From Adineta vaga (lineage: Eukaryota > Animalia > Rotifera): 64,000 nt of DNA. Of this stretch, positions 1 to 11,275 are shown piece by piece. Both the position numbers and the translations under genes were made by a program. Location of the stretch: NCBI GenBank assembly GCA_021613535.1, contig CP075492.1, positions 11,098,001 to 11,162,000 of the forward strand, in the 5' to 3' direction. Every line of letters starts with the position of its first letter. The stretch's first letter is position 1. The notes under the pieces were generated by a model. It made no database searches, was not told where the DNA came from, and saw only the letters and a list, made by a program, of their open reading frames with translations.

Positions 1-1324
1 CAAGGTAACATATTGACAAGATCAAAGTTCTATGGTAAATTTCTTCGAAGAATATTTCATTTGATTTCGATTATCTTTCATAGGAAACAGTCTTTCAGCT
101 ATATTAGATGGAACAGCTCGATTAACTCTACTTAATCGTGGAGAAGATTATATTATTACTATGCCATATGCGAATTGCAAAGGTAAAAATTAATGGTTCA
201 GTTTTGAATAATATGTACATATGTCACAGGTATTCTAATCGGAAGGTTAACAATGGAATTAGGTGGCAAAGTTACAATTATTTGTGAGAAGACTCGTTAT
301 TCTGCTGATATTGAATTTAAATTAAAAGTAACAATAGATTTGTTTTTTATTTTCTACAATTTATATTCTTTTGAAGCCATTCATTGGTGGTCAAGAACTA
401 ACAAATCTTATCGAAGGAAAAATTCGTTTAGAAAACGACGTTCTATATACTTTTTCTGGTCATTGGGATGATGAAATAATACTAACCGATAAAGCTACAA
501 ATGTAAGTTAGATAGATTTTCCATTCAAAATAAAAAAAAATTCTTATAAATTAGGTGAAGAGTACCTTTTGGAAAGTGACATCATCGGTTATTAATTCTC
601 GATTAAAACGATATATTGTACCTCTCGAACAACAACAAGACAATGAATCAGAAAAGTAAGAAATCGGGTTAATAAAAGAACATGTTTATTCCATATAAAT
701 AAAATTCTTCATAGATTATGGCAACGTGTTACATTAGCAATTCGACAAAATGATCAAATTTTCGCTACAAAAGAAAAAACAATTGTTGAAAATGAACAAC
801 GTAAACGAATCAAGGAACGAAAGATAACCGAGTCGAATGGTATCCATGTTTATTTTCGATCGATCAAAATACGAAAGAATGGATATATAATCATATTGAG
901 TAAGAAATAGAATTCTTTCTAAAATCATATTAAAATTCTATTTCAATCTTGTATCCTTAGTACTCATCCATGGGATTCACATAATGATATATCTACATAT
1001 GAAAATAATTTTATTATTCATACACGTACATGTCATCATCGAGATCTATCTATTGCTCGTGATCATTCCTTATTATTTCATAATACATACGAAGAATCAT
1101 CTGAGATTAATCGAACAACTTCATTGAATGAAAATATAGCATTAACGTTAAAAAATATAGAAAAACATCTCAGACGTACAAATGAACGAATCGATTTTCA
1201 TGAACAACATATTCATCAGCTACAAAGTCAACAATCAGTATCTTATTATCTTTCATCATCTTATTTTCTTCATTTTATTCTTATCATTCTTGTTGCAATT
1301 ATTTTAAAATATTTCTTTCATTAA
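1..1324 (+). CDS. Oxysterol-binding protein-related protein (ORP5/ORP8-like), 3' exons, with C-terminal TM anchor; 5' part lies outside the window
   Basis: Spliced translation gives SKFYGNSLSAILDG, TMPYANCKGILIGRLTMELGGKV, FSGHWD, NESEKLWQRVT, EWIYNHIDTHPWD and a hydrophobic tail FILIILVAIILKYFFH. Apparent 1-nt frameshift at 820-822. Confidence 0.9.
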
Positions 1325-1804
1325 ATATCTCCTCGGTAGCTTTTTAATTATTGTCAATTTGTTTTGTCTAAATAGGAATAAAATACAATTTTGTGATAAG
1401 ATATTTATCATAAGGAAACATAAAGCAAAATGATTGAGAATTTAGAAATGTATGTTCATTTCGCCCTCGCTGACACTTACACAATAAAAAGCGAGATTTG
1501 TTCTGTCTTTTGTTTAATTTTAAATACTTCATCATTCAAATATCCAGTGGTAATAGACATATACTATAACTTCTGTATGTTTAATAAAAGAACGGTTAAG
1601 TGCAATTGTTTCCCTATTATTTTGTGCATATTAAAGAGAGACGTAAAACTGCAACACAGTTGATTATGTTTTATCATATTTGCAAGACTTTCTCTCAAGT
1701 TTTATTCTTCTTTTTGCAATCAATCGAAAACGTGCATATCGTTAAAAGTTATTCATCGGTTGTTTTTTATTATCAATTGTTTCGATATAAATGAGAATAA
1801 AACA

Positions 1805-3282
1805 TCACTTTGTAGCAAAATATTTGTCATAAATCAGAACGCATAAAATCAAGACAATCGATATCCATAAAGCATGAAAAGCAATACTACTACGAAACAA
1901 TTTTTCTGCTTGACGATCGATGTATTCCGTACCAGTCGTATTAGTTCCATTATTAGACTTCAAATGTTGCGCATTCATATTCTGTTTTTCTTGTTCAGTT
2001 GAATCTGTATCGATATTTGAACAATCAGCATCATATTCATAAGTTTTATCACTACAAGTAAAAGGCCAAAAATCTTTGAGTTCATTCAATGGTCGTGGAT
2101 ATTTCAACCATTCGAGAGCTTTTTCCATGGAAACAAAATAAACATATCGATGGTCTGGACTAGTCAATAGATGTTCAATAAAACGAACAAGTGCTTGAAG
2201 ACGAATTTTTTTGTTTTGAGCAAGCCAAGAAAGATCTAATTGAATAACAAATGGTGATCGACGACCAATAGCTAATGATGAATGACGTTCAAAATTATAT
2301 ATAAGAAAATTATAATAAATATCAGCTGTATGTGGTTGATCCGTTGGTAAACATGATGGATCAGATAAGATACGACAAGATGTATTAGCTAAAATGATTA
2401 AATAATGAACATATGAGGTTTTGTTTTACAAACTTCAAAGATCCATGTTTACCCTTTGGATAAGTCCATTCGTGTAATGGAAATTGCCAAAGTGCTTCGA
2501 ATGGTTTCGTCCATTCGTGGCAATTAACACATTTTTTATGATCAAATGGATAATCAAGCGTAAATGGCCATATGAAATTATTAGATTTAAATAGCATCGA
2601 TGAATCATAATGAAAATGAAATTTTTGTAAATATTCGAAATGTTGATTTTGATCAATTTGTAAATGTGGTACACGAAAGCCTTTGATATGTGACGAATGA
2701 ATTTGTGCTTTATTAACAATATTAATACGTTGATCTTTGATTTCATGTTGCCAATCTTTACTAGTCCATCGACGCCAATAATTTTCATTATAACAATTAG
2801 TTAATGGACATCTTGAAGAGCAAAAAAATGCTAAGATTTTTGAAAAATTGAAATATGAAAGATTATCTTACTTATTACTTAATGTAGTCATTGCTATTTC
2901 ATGATGATTATCAAACAGACGTTGAACTAAACAATATTCTGTATGAATATCATGGATAAAAAATGTTGATGAAATTGGACATTTATTTGGATTTTGATGA
3001 GATGAATGAAAAATTGATCGAATTGAATCCAAAATATTTGTATTTAAATTGCCGACAAAAGTTAGTAAAACCTTTAAAATAAAGTCTTATTAGACCGATA
3101 CACATTGATAAAAATCAAACACTTACAAATTGTGGTAGATCAATGACATCGAATGATGTTGGATTACCATTATTCGTAGGACATTGACAGCTTGGTAAGA
3201 GACAATTGTCTTTTGTACAAGTTTGATTCTGACAAGAAATAAATGAAAATGTTAAAAAGCCTAAAAGTTGAAGTAATAACAT
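1805..3282 (-). CDS. Chitin deacetylase-like (CE4/NodB) membrane protein, probably catalytically inactive
   Basis: Signal peptide MLLLQLLGFLTFSFISC; motifs CLLPSCQC, LPQFVLLTF, NPNKCPISSTFF, HEIA, GFRVPHL, YDSS, WPFTLDY, YVYFVSMEKALEWL typical of arthropod-type CDA; C-terminal TM. Confidence 0.85.
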
Positions 3283-3489
3283 CTAAAAGAGATTGATTTA
3301 AATAAATTCTTTGTCTATTTTTTTTTCTCGAGATACAAATGATGCGTCATTATTTATACATATATATATATATATATGTATCGATCGTACGTCAAATGAA
3401 AATGGAAAATGATGCTATGAAACGTGTTATATGTAACGTAAATAGTGAAGTTCTATATCACGTTAAAATAGGAATTAAAAAATAATAAT

Positions 3490-3494
3490 AAAAA
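3490..3494 (-). terminator. Pol III oligo-T terminator of the 5S gene
   Basis: T5 run on the minus strand at the 3' end of the 5S sequence. Confidence 0.8.
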
Positions 3495-3612
3495 GCTTAC
3501 GACACTCGGTATTCCCAGGCGGTCACCCATCCAAGTACTAACCGAGCCCGACGTTGCTTAACTTCAGTGATCGGACGAGAACTGGTGTATTCAACGTGGT
3601 ATGGCCGTAAGC
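3494..3612 (-). rRNA. 5S rRNA gene, single copy
   Basis: Reverse complement reads GCTTACGGCCATACCACGTTGAATACACC...GATCACTGAAGTTAAGCAACG...AGTACTTGGATGGGTGACCGCCTGGGAATACCGAGTGTCGTAAGCT: 119 nt, paired ends, internal control boxes. Confidence 0.98.
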
Positions 3613-3948
3613 ATACAACACTATTTTATCACTCGATCTTATGATCTTCTATCCTTTCCGAATTTATAACGATCAATTCATTGCAAGTCAAACAATTTCC
3701 CTAATTAGTTTTGATTTGTTAAATTATTCTATTATTAATAATGAAAATATTTCAATGTTCTGTTTGTTCGTTACTTATTGACATCTGTAGGTTGAGAACT
3801 CTCATGTTTCATGTTTATCTCATCAGTAAACATAAAGAGAACAATCATCTTCATCCATTGATAAGAGGAAGAAAAAACAAAGCGAAGGTTATTATAATAA
3901 AATATTGCTAAAAAAACTCGTCATACTAATCTTTTTAAAATTTTCGCG

Positions 3949-6627
3949 ATGATTCAAACTACAACAACATCTGATCATTTCGAGAACGTTGATCTTACAC
4001 AAACATCGAATTTTTCAACAAATAATATTACGAGTCAAAAGATGGAAAACATTCTTCTGATCTGGTTAGACAACACCGTCAATGAACAAAATGATGAATT
4101 TTCCAAGATAATTTCTCAGCTACGATCTATTGTTAACAATATCAATACATTTAAAGATGTTGAACAATGCATTGGATTTATGAAATCTCTTACACAAACA
4201 AACGTAGTAATGATCATTTCGAATTCAATGGTTCAACAGATCATTTCGCAAATACACACGATGAATCAAGTAGATTCCATTCTTATTTTTTCTGATAATA
4301 TCAAACAAGATCATCGATGGGTGAAAGATTGGCCCAAAATCAGAGGTCTTTTTTCAGATATCTTACCCATTTGTGAAGCTCTCAAACAAGTTGTTCAACT
4401 CTGTGAACAGAATGCTATGCCCATGAGTTTCATGACATTAAGCACGGATGTTGAATATATTGATCGATGTTATATGTATACACGAATTCTTAAAGAAATA
4501 TTTCTAACAATCAACTTCGAAGAAAAACATATTAAAGAATTTATCGACTATTGTCGAGATATTTTTGCTGGTAATGATTTTGTATTAAATAATGTTCTTA
4601 AATTAGAACAAATGTATCATGATAAAATGCCTATTTGGTGGTATAATAACGAGAAATTATTAAGTTCCATGCTCAATTTTTCTATACGATCGATGAATAT
4701 AGATGTTATGATACGAATGGGTTTCTTTATTCGCGATCTTCATCAGCATATTACACAATTGCATTTGGAACAATTTGGTGGGCAACATGCGAATGAAACT
4801 CTTCTAGTACATCGTGGACAAGGATTATCGATGGAAAATTTTGAACGACTGATGAAAAATAAAGGTGGATTAATTTCATTTAATAGTTTCTTATCTACTA
4901 GTAAGAGTCGATCAGTTTCACTAGGCTTTGCACTACAAATGGTACGAAATCTTGATCTAGTAGGAATTCTCTTCACTATGAAAATTGATCTGTCTAAATC
5001 GACAGTTCCATTTGCTTCGATTACTGATATCAGTTACGCACAAAAACAAGATGAAATTCTATTCTCAATGCATACTATCTTTCGTATTGATGAAATCAAA
5101 TCGATGAATGAAAATAATCGTCTCTATGAAGTAATTTTAACACTTCTTAGTAATGATGATAAACAATTAGAAGTACTCAACGAACCAATTCGTCAAGAAA
5201 TTTCTGCAAATGTAACGGGATGGCATAAATTGGGTTCAACACTAGTTAAAATGGGTGAATTCAAGAAAGCTCAAGAAATTTATGAAGTTTTACTCTCTGA
5301 AACAATTGATGAAAATGAAAAAGCATCTATTTATCATCAATTAGGATTTATCAAAGATGATCAAAAATTATACGAAGAAGCAATAATATATTATGAAAAA
5401 GCAATTGAAATGAAGGAAAAATCTCAACCTATCAACCATCTGAGTCTTGCTAATACTTATAATTGCATTAGTCGTGTATATTATAATATGAGTGTTTATT
5501 CTAAAGCACTTTCATTTCATGAAAAAAGTCTTCAAAGTCGATTACAAATTCTTCCTTCCAATCATCTTGATATCAGTAATACATATAATGATATTGGTCT
5601 AGTCTATTATAAGATGCATGATTATCCGAAAGCACTTCTTTATCTCGAGAAAACTCTTGAAATTCAACAGCAATTACTTCCTGACAATCATCCTGATCTA
5701 GCTTATTATTATAATAATATTGGTGAAATATATCGCAAGATAGGTGAGCATGCAAAAGGAGTTTCTTTTCATGAAAAAGCTATCAAAATTCGACAACAAA
5801 TATTACCACCAAATCATCCGGATATTAGTATGTCCTATAATAATATGGGTATGATGTATTATGACATTGGAGATTATTCGAATGCAGTTGTATTCTTTGA
5901 AAAATCATTATCTAGTCGACAGCAAACCTATTCTGAAAATCATCTTCACTTAGCTTATTCGTATAATAATCTTGGTGCATCGTATTTGGGCATACGTGAT
6001 AATGCAAAAGCACTTCTATGCTATGAAAAAGCACTTGAAATCCGACAACAATTACTTCCTTCCACTCATCTTGATCTTTGTTCATCTTACAATAATCTTG
6101 GGGTAATATATTACAATATGGGTAATTATGAAAAGGCACTTCACTGTTATGAAAAAGCATTAGAAATACGAGAACAAATACTTCCTCCCCTTCATCTTGA
6201 TTTAGCTCAGTCACATAGTAACATGGGTGGCGCTTGTTGTGGCATGGATGATTATGTCAAAGCACTTCGTTGTTATGAAAAAGCATTAGAAATACGAGAA
6301 CAATTACTTTCTCCCCTTCATCTTGATTTAGCTCTGTCACATAATAACATTGGTGCTGCTTTTTGTGGCATGGGCGATTATACCAAAGCACTTTCATTGC
6401 ATAAAAAAGCACTCGAAATTCGACAGCAAATACTTCCGCCGAATCATGCTGAGTTTTCGATATCATTTAATAATATTGGTATGGTATATTATAAAATGGG
6501 TGATTATTCGAAAGCGTTTGCATGTTGTCAACGCGCAGTCGAAATTGGACAACGTTCATTATCATCAAATCACCCTGATCTACTGACCAATATAGAAAAT
6601 CTTGAATATATTAAACAGAATATGTAA
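3949..6627 (+). CDS. Intronless protein: receiver-like N-domain, R-S-E type ADP-ribosyltransferase domain, about 11 42-aa TPR repeats
   Basis: 892-aa ORF. ILLIWLD N-terminal strand; ART motifs HRGQG, FNSFLSTS, QDEILF; repeats HxDLAxSYNNIG...KALxxxEKAL with 126-bp period. Confidence 0.9.
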   Translation: MIQTTTTSDHFENVDLTQTSNFSTNNITSQKMENILLIWLDNTVNEQNDEFSKIISQLRSIVNNINTFKDVEQCIGFMKSLTQTNVVMIISNSMVQQIISQIHTMNQVDSILIFSDNIKQDHRWVKDWPKIRGLFSDILPICEALKQVVQLCEQNAMPMSFMTLSTDVEYIDRCYMYTRILKEIFLTINFEEKHIKEFIDYCRDIFAGNDFVLNNVLKLEQMYHDKMPIWWYNNEKLLSSMLNFSIRSMNIDVMIRMGFFIRDLHQHITQLHLEQFGGQHANETLLVHRGQGLSMENFERLMKNKGGLISFNSFLSTSKSRSVSLGFALQMVRNLDLVGILFTMKIDLSKSTVPFASITDISYAQKQDEILFSMHTIFRIDEIKSMNENNRLYEVILTLLSNDDKQLEVLNEPIRQEISANVTGWHKLGSTLVKMGEFKKAQEIYEVLLSETIDENEKASIYHQLGFIKDDQKLYEEAIIYYEKAIEMKEKSQPINHLSLANTYNCISRVYYNMSVYSKALSFHEKSLQSRLQILPSNHLDISNTYNDIGLVYYKMHDYPKALLYLEKTLEIQQQLLPDNHPDLAYYYNNIGEIYRKIGEHAKGVSFHEKAIKIRQQILPPNHPDISMSYNNMGMMYYDIGDYSNAVVFFEKSLSSRQQTYSENHLHLAYSYNNLGASYLGIRDNAKALLCYEKALEIRQQLLPSTHLDLCSSYNNLGVIYYNMGNYEKALHCYEKALEIREQILPPLHLDLAQSHSNMGGACCGMDDYVKALRCYEKALEIREQLLSPLHLDLALSHNNIGAAFCGMGDYTKALSLHKKALEIRQQILPPNHAEFSISFNNIGMVYYKMGDYSKAFACCQRAVEIGQRSLSSNHPDLLTNIENLEYIKQNM

Positions 6628-6873
6628 TCTCTATTTGTTTTTGCTCGAAAAAAAATAAAGTTAAATTCTCTCTAAAGAAATTTGTATCATGATGAACACA
6701 ACAAAAGACATAGATGTCCTTCTTTGTTGAGCGAATGCAACGCAAGATTCTGATTGGTAGAATACTGACATGTAATTTCTTTTGCTGCATATGTATGGAT
6801 AAATATATGAAGGAGAATTGAATGAATTGATCATTCTTTATTTCCATTTTTAATCGAATCGTTTTCATCAACA

Positions 6874-8975
6874 ATGGGCAAGAAGCAACATCAACAAGAT
6901 AAACTCTATCTCACCACTACTGTAAATCGGTTGTTTGCTTTAGATTCTTTTAATTTTTATATTTATTTTCTCTAGGAATGGAAAAATTCTTTTGGTGGTT
7001 ATAAAGGTACTACAAAAGTAAATGGCGATTTTCGTCGTTTACCATTCAATTGTTGTAGTATCTCATTTCAACCTGTTGAAAATCCTTATTGTACACCTGA
7101 TGGTATCATTTTTGAACTTGCTTCAATAGTTCCATTTCTAAAAAAATTCGGTAAGAAACCAAATGAAACTTTGTTTTCACTGAAATTGACTTCTTCTTCG
7201 TAGGTCGTAATCCTGTCACTGGTGAAAAACTTGAAGCAAAAAATTTATTTAAATTAAATTTTCATAAAAATACAAAAGATGAAATTCATTGTCCAATAAC
7301 TTTTAAAGTTATGACAGAAAGTTCACATATTGTTGCTATACGACCATCAGGTAATGTCTACAGTTATGATGCAATTGATCGTTTAAATATCAAAACGAAT
7401 ACATTTACTGATTTATTAACAAATGAACCATTTAAACGTGAAGATATAATAACCATACAAGATCCCAAAAAATTAGACAAATTTAATATTCAAGCATTTG
7501 CACATTTAAAAAATGATTGGAAATTAGATGATGAAGATGAAAAAGCACGTCGCACAGATCCAAATTATTATTTAAAATATATCAATAATGAAACAGCTGC
7601 AACATTGGAACAAATTAAAAGTGCACGATCGAAAGAATTTCAAGAAAAATCTGAATCAAGTATCTATTCAAATAAACAAGTTAAATCTAATCAACAACAA
7701 TTAGATCAAACTAATATGGCAACATATTCAACTGGACGTTTAGCTGCATCGTTTACATCAACATCAATGGATCCAGTCACAGTTATGGAAGCAGCTACAC
7801 GTGATGAAAATGAAGTTCGTTATTCAAGAATTCGAAATGGTAAAAAGAAAGGTTATGTTCGATTAGTTACCAATTTAGGTGTAATTAATATTGAATTGGA
7901 TTGTGATTTATGTCCACAAACATGTGACAATTTTATTAAACATTGTGCAGATAAATATTATGTTGGAACAAAATTTCATCGATCAATTAAAAATTTTATT
8001 GTAAGTGTAAATTCGATTAATTCAGTTTAGCAGATGTTTTAATATCGATATTTTAGATTCAAGGTGGTGATCCGACAGGAACAGGTTTTGGTGGAAAATC
8101 TATCTGGAATAAACCATTTCGTGATGAATGCAATTCAAAATTACAACATACGGGAAGAGGAATGTTAAGCATGGCAAATTCAGGTCCAAATACAAATAAA
8201 TCTCAATTGTAAGTTTTAAATCAGTTTACTAATTACTTTCAATATTTCCTTGATTGATTTTAGTTTCTTCACTTACCGGTCGTGTAAATCATTGAATGGA
8301 AAACATACAGTATTCGGAAAGTGAGGCAAAGAAAAGTCTTTTTTTTCTTTGAGAATTTTATCTGTTTTATTTTGCATAGAATTGTTGGTGGTATTGAAAC
8401 ACTTAGTGCAATGGAAGCAATTCCAACAGGTGAAAAAGATCGACCACAAGTAAGATAAATTTGTATAGAAGGTTAAATTATTGATTGTCAAACCTTTTTT
8501 TTTCATTATAGAGTGATATTGTTGTTGAAGATACAGTTGTATTTGTTAATCCATATGATGAAGTTGATGACGAAGTAAGAACTCTTTTCTTCGATGAATA
8601 GATTTGTTAAGAATGAAATTGTAGTTAAAAGCCGAACGTGAACGTCAAGTTAAACGTGATGCAGATGAAGAAAAATTCAATGGAACAGTACGTTCAGCTA
8701 AATCAGCAACAACAACGAAATCTTCGACGGCCATAGATACATCATCAAATCAAGTATTTCGATCAGGAGTTGGGAAGTATATCTCCAATCAAGTTTAGTA
8801 AGTTTCTTTTCTTTGCCATTTAACTATTCATAATCACGTTTTTGCATTATTATCTAGTTCAAGTGCTAAACAAGCAGCACCAGCTACCGATGAAGATAAT
8901 GAATATATTCAAAAGAAAAAACGTAAATTAGCAGCGACCAGTTCAGGTGGAACATTGAATTTCAGTCAATGGTGA
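6874..8975 (+). CDS. PPIL2: RING/U-box cyclophilin PPIL2 (Cyp60)
   Basis: [18 protein letters not shown] start, FRRLPFNCC, then cyclophilin domain [38 protein letters not shown]; ends NFSQW*. Multi-exon. Confidence 0.95.
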
Positions 8976-8996
8976 TTCAACTTTGTTATCTTTCTC

Positions 8997-9016
8997 GTGT
9001 GTGTGTGTGTATGTGT
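8997..9016. repeat. (GT)n microsatellite; (TA)n tracts also at about 3357, 27761, 38727 and 42040
   Basis: Directly visible dinucleotide runs. Confidence 0.8.
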
Positions 9017-9160
9017 TGTATTGTAATTAAAACACGTGTTTTCTGTCATGGTTTTTGAATATAAGACGTTCGGCGATATATGTTTGCGACTTGAATCTAT
9101 TTTCATCTATCTACAATTTATTTCAGAGTTGTATAAACTATTTATTTATTTCTTATTATC

Positions 9161-9594
9161 ATGGCTAATATTGCCAATAATTTACAGGTATCAATTTATT
9201 TCCTTCTTTTACAATATTGTACATCTCTACTTTTTGTTAGAAAATCCTTCGACAACATATGCCAATGATTCAATTTCGATACGGTGCAAATCGATCAGGT
9301 AAGAATTGCTATGAAAAAAAATGTTTGTATGAATGTGTAAAATAGGTTCAGCTACTCATGCATTGAAGGAACATAAAAGCGACTCAAATACAGTGAAATC
9401 TGTTGGTGCTATATCACAAACTAAAGCCGTTGAACATACGGATACATTTGAATTTTCTGAAACACCAACAAAATATCGACGACGTCAATTAACACAAGAA
9501 GAAATTGATCTTATAGCGGTAAATAACTTATCTTTCTTATCAATTGTCTCAGATTAAATGTATTATTTCTTTCTAGATTGGTGGATCTATTTAA
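9161..9594 (+). CDS. MRPS36: KGD4/MRPS36-like small mitochondrial protein (2-oxoglutarate dehydrogenase adaptor)
   Basis: Four exons give MANIANNLQKILRQHMPMIQFRYG...PTKYRRRQLTQEEIDLIAIGGSI*, matching the HxPxIxF and PxxYRRxxxxxEEIxxIxxGG motifs. Confidence 0.8.
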
Positions 9595-9718
9595 TTCTAA
9601 TTCCTTTTAGATATTTTATATATTCCTTAGTCACGAGACAATCCTAAATAATTCTAATTATATTAACATATTTATTCTGTTTTCCTTTGCAAAATAAATA
9701 AAATCGAAACAGACACTT

Positions 9719-10711
9719 TTATCGCAAATGTGATCGACGTTTTCCATTACGTTTATCTTTGGAATCAGAAGGAAAAACTTTAAATGCACTTTGTAAACAT
9801 TCGGCTGGTTTCCATTTGTCTAATTGTCGAACTTCGTCAATTGAATCGTCATATTCACGTTTACGTTGTTTCTCTGCAAATTCTTCCTCGTCAATAACAT
9901 GAATCGTTTCACGTTTCATTGGTATAAAAGTTCTTTCGAATTCATCAAGATTTCTGTCGTATCCAAAGTTGATCGAAGGCAATGTTGAGCCAAGTTTATG
10001 AAAATCTGGTTCGTATTCGACACGACGATAACTTTTATCACCATCGGATCTTTTCGGAATACCATTACGCGAATTATAGACTTTTCGTTTATGTCCAATT
10101 TGTGTCATATGTACGTCTTCATCACCTAAATCTTCGATTGAACGAAGATGAATATCAGCAAAAAGATTCCTTTTCGATGGACGGTGATCAGATGATTCAT
10201 CAGTGAAATAGATCCATTCATTCGATGAACGTTGCCAATTTTGAGGAAATGAACGAACAAAATGTAGATTTTGTTCAATTACAGCAACGGGTAATGTCGG
10301 ACGGGCATCTGGATTACGCGGAGATTTTATATAACGTAAACGAGAATGCCAATCAGGTCCGATACTGTCAATAAAAAAAGATAGAAAAAAGATGATGATT
10401 CTTGATATGTATGAATAGTTTTGATATTACTCTGAATATTCTGGTTCGATAAATTGTCCATGTGGACGCCATTTTTCATCTTGTAATGGTGGAGGTGGAA
10501 CATGAGCACGGCCTCGAGGTTTAAAAACAGATTCACTATATGAAAAACGATGTTTTTCTGGATAATGTCGTCGATCCAATCCTAAATAATATCCACATTA
10601 CGAGAAAACACAATTCAAAGTATTCTTTCAACAGAAAATATTCATACCATGATAACCAGGTTTTTCTACATCATAATGAAGATGTAATGTTGCTGCATTT
10701 GTATGAAACAT
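9719..10711 (-). CDS. SPATS1: Spermatogenesis-associated serine-rich protein 1-like
   Basis: GPDWHSRLRY, RNGIP...GDKSY...FHKLGSTLPSINF...TFIPM...EVRQLDKWKPA resemble the SPATS1 C-terminal domain. Start codon uncertain. Confidence 0.75.
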
Positions 10712-11275
10712 AATGTTATTCACTTTACAACTAAATGTTTCGGTTCTTTTTTTCTTCTCGTTGCTATTGTTGCTGTCGATAAGGTGTCCACTAATTCATT
10801 TTGAAGTAAAGAAAAATAAAAACTTTCAATTTTTACTTTGCGTCTCTTTACTGTATACAACATCTTCAACGATGATGGATTTCTTCTCGTTCTTTCCGAT
10901 ATAATGGATTCATATCCGGCCATTGTAATAGAAAATTTTTTAATGCAATTTTTATGCAAAAGTTCAAGAGAAAAACGTTTATAAATACTTTACTAATGTT
11001 CTTTGATAAATCAATCTATTAATCCTATCAACAGTATCGATAGAAAAGTTCTAATAGATTACATTAGATAAATTTTACATTTAATAATCATACGAACAAA
11101 GTTATATAGTTGTTTATTCTTGTTCTTTTCCTCTTCTTTTACTGATGGAATAAAATTTGAATCGTTTCTTATCTTATCATATGAAAACAAAATCAATAAT
11201 GATTTGAATATATCCATGATTGAATTTCTTTTTCTATTTTGTTTGCATTTCAATCCATCGAATTCAAGATTGAAA

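Noticed and set aside
811-830. Programmed ribosomal frameshifting at the frameshift sites
   Set aside because: No shared slippery heptamer or downstream structure; homopolymer error is the simpler explanation.
4743-6586. Short ORFs overlapping the ART-TPR gene
   Set aside because: Alternative-frame shadows of TPR repeats with no independent signals.
10720-10959. Upstream ORF as first coding exon of SPATS1
   Set aside because: Splicing from its donor meets in-frame stops at both candidate acceptors.
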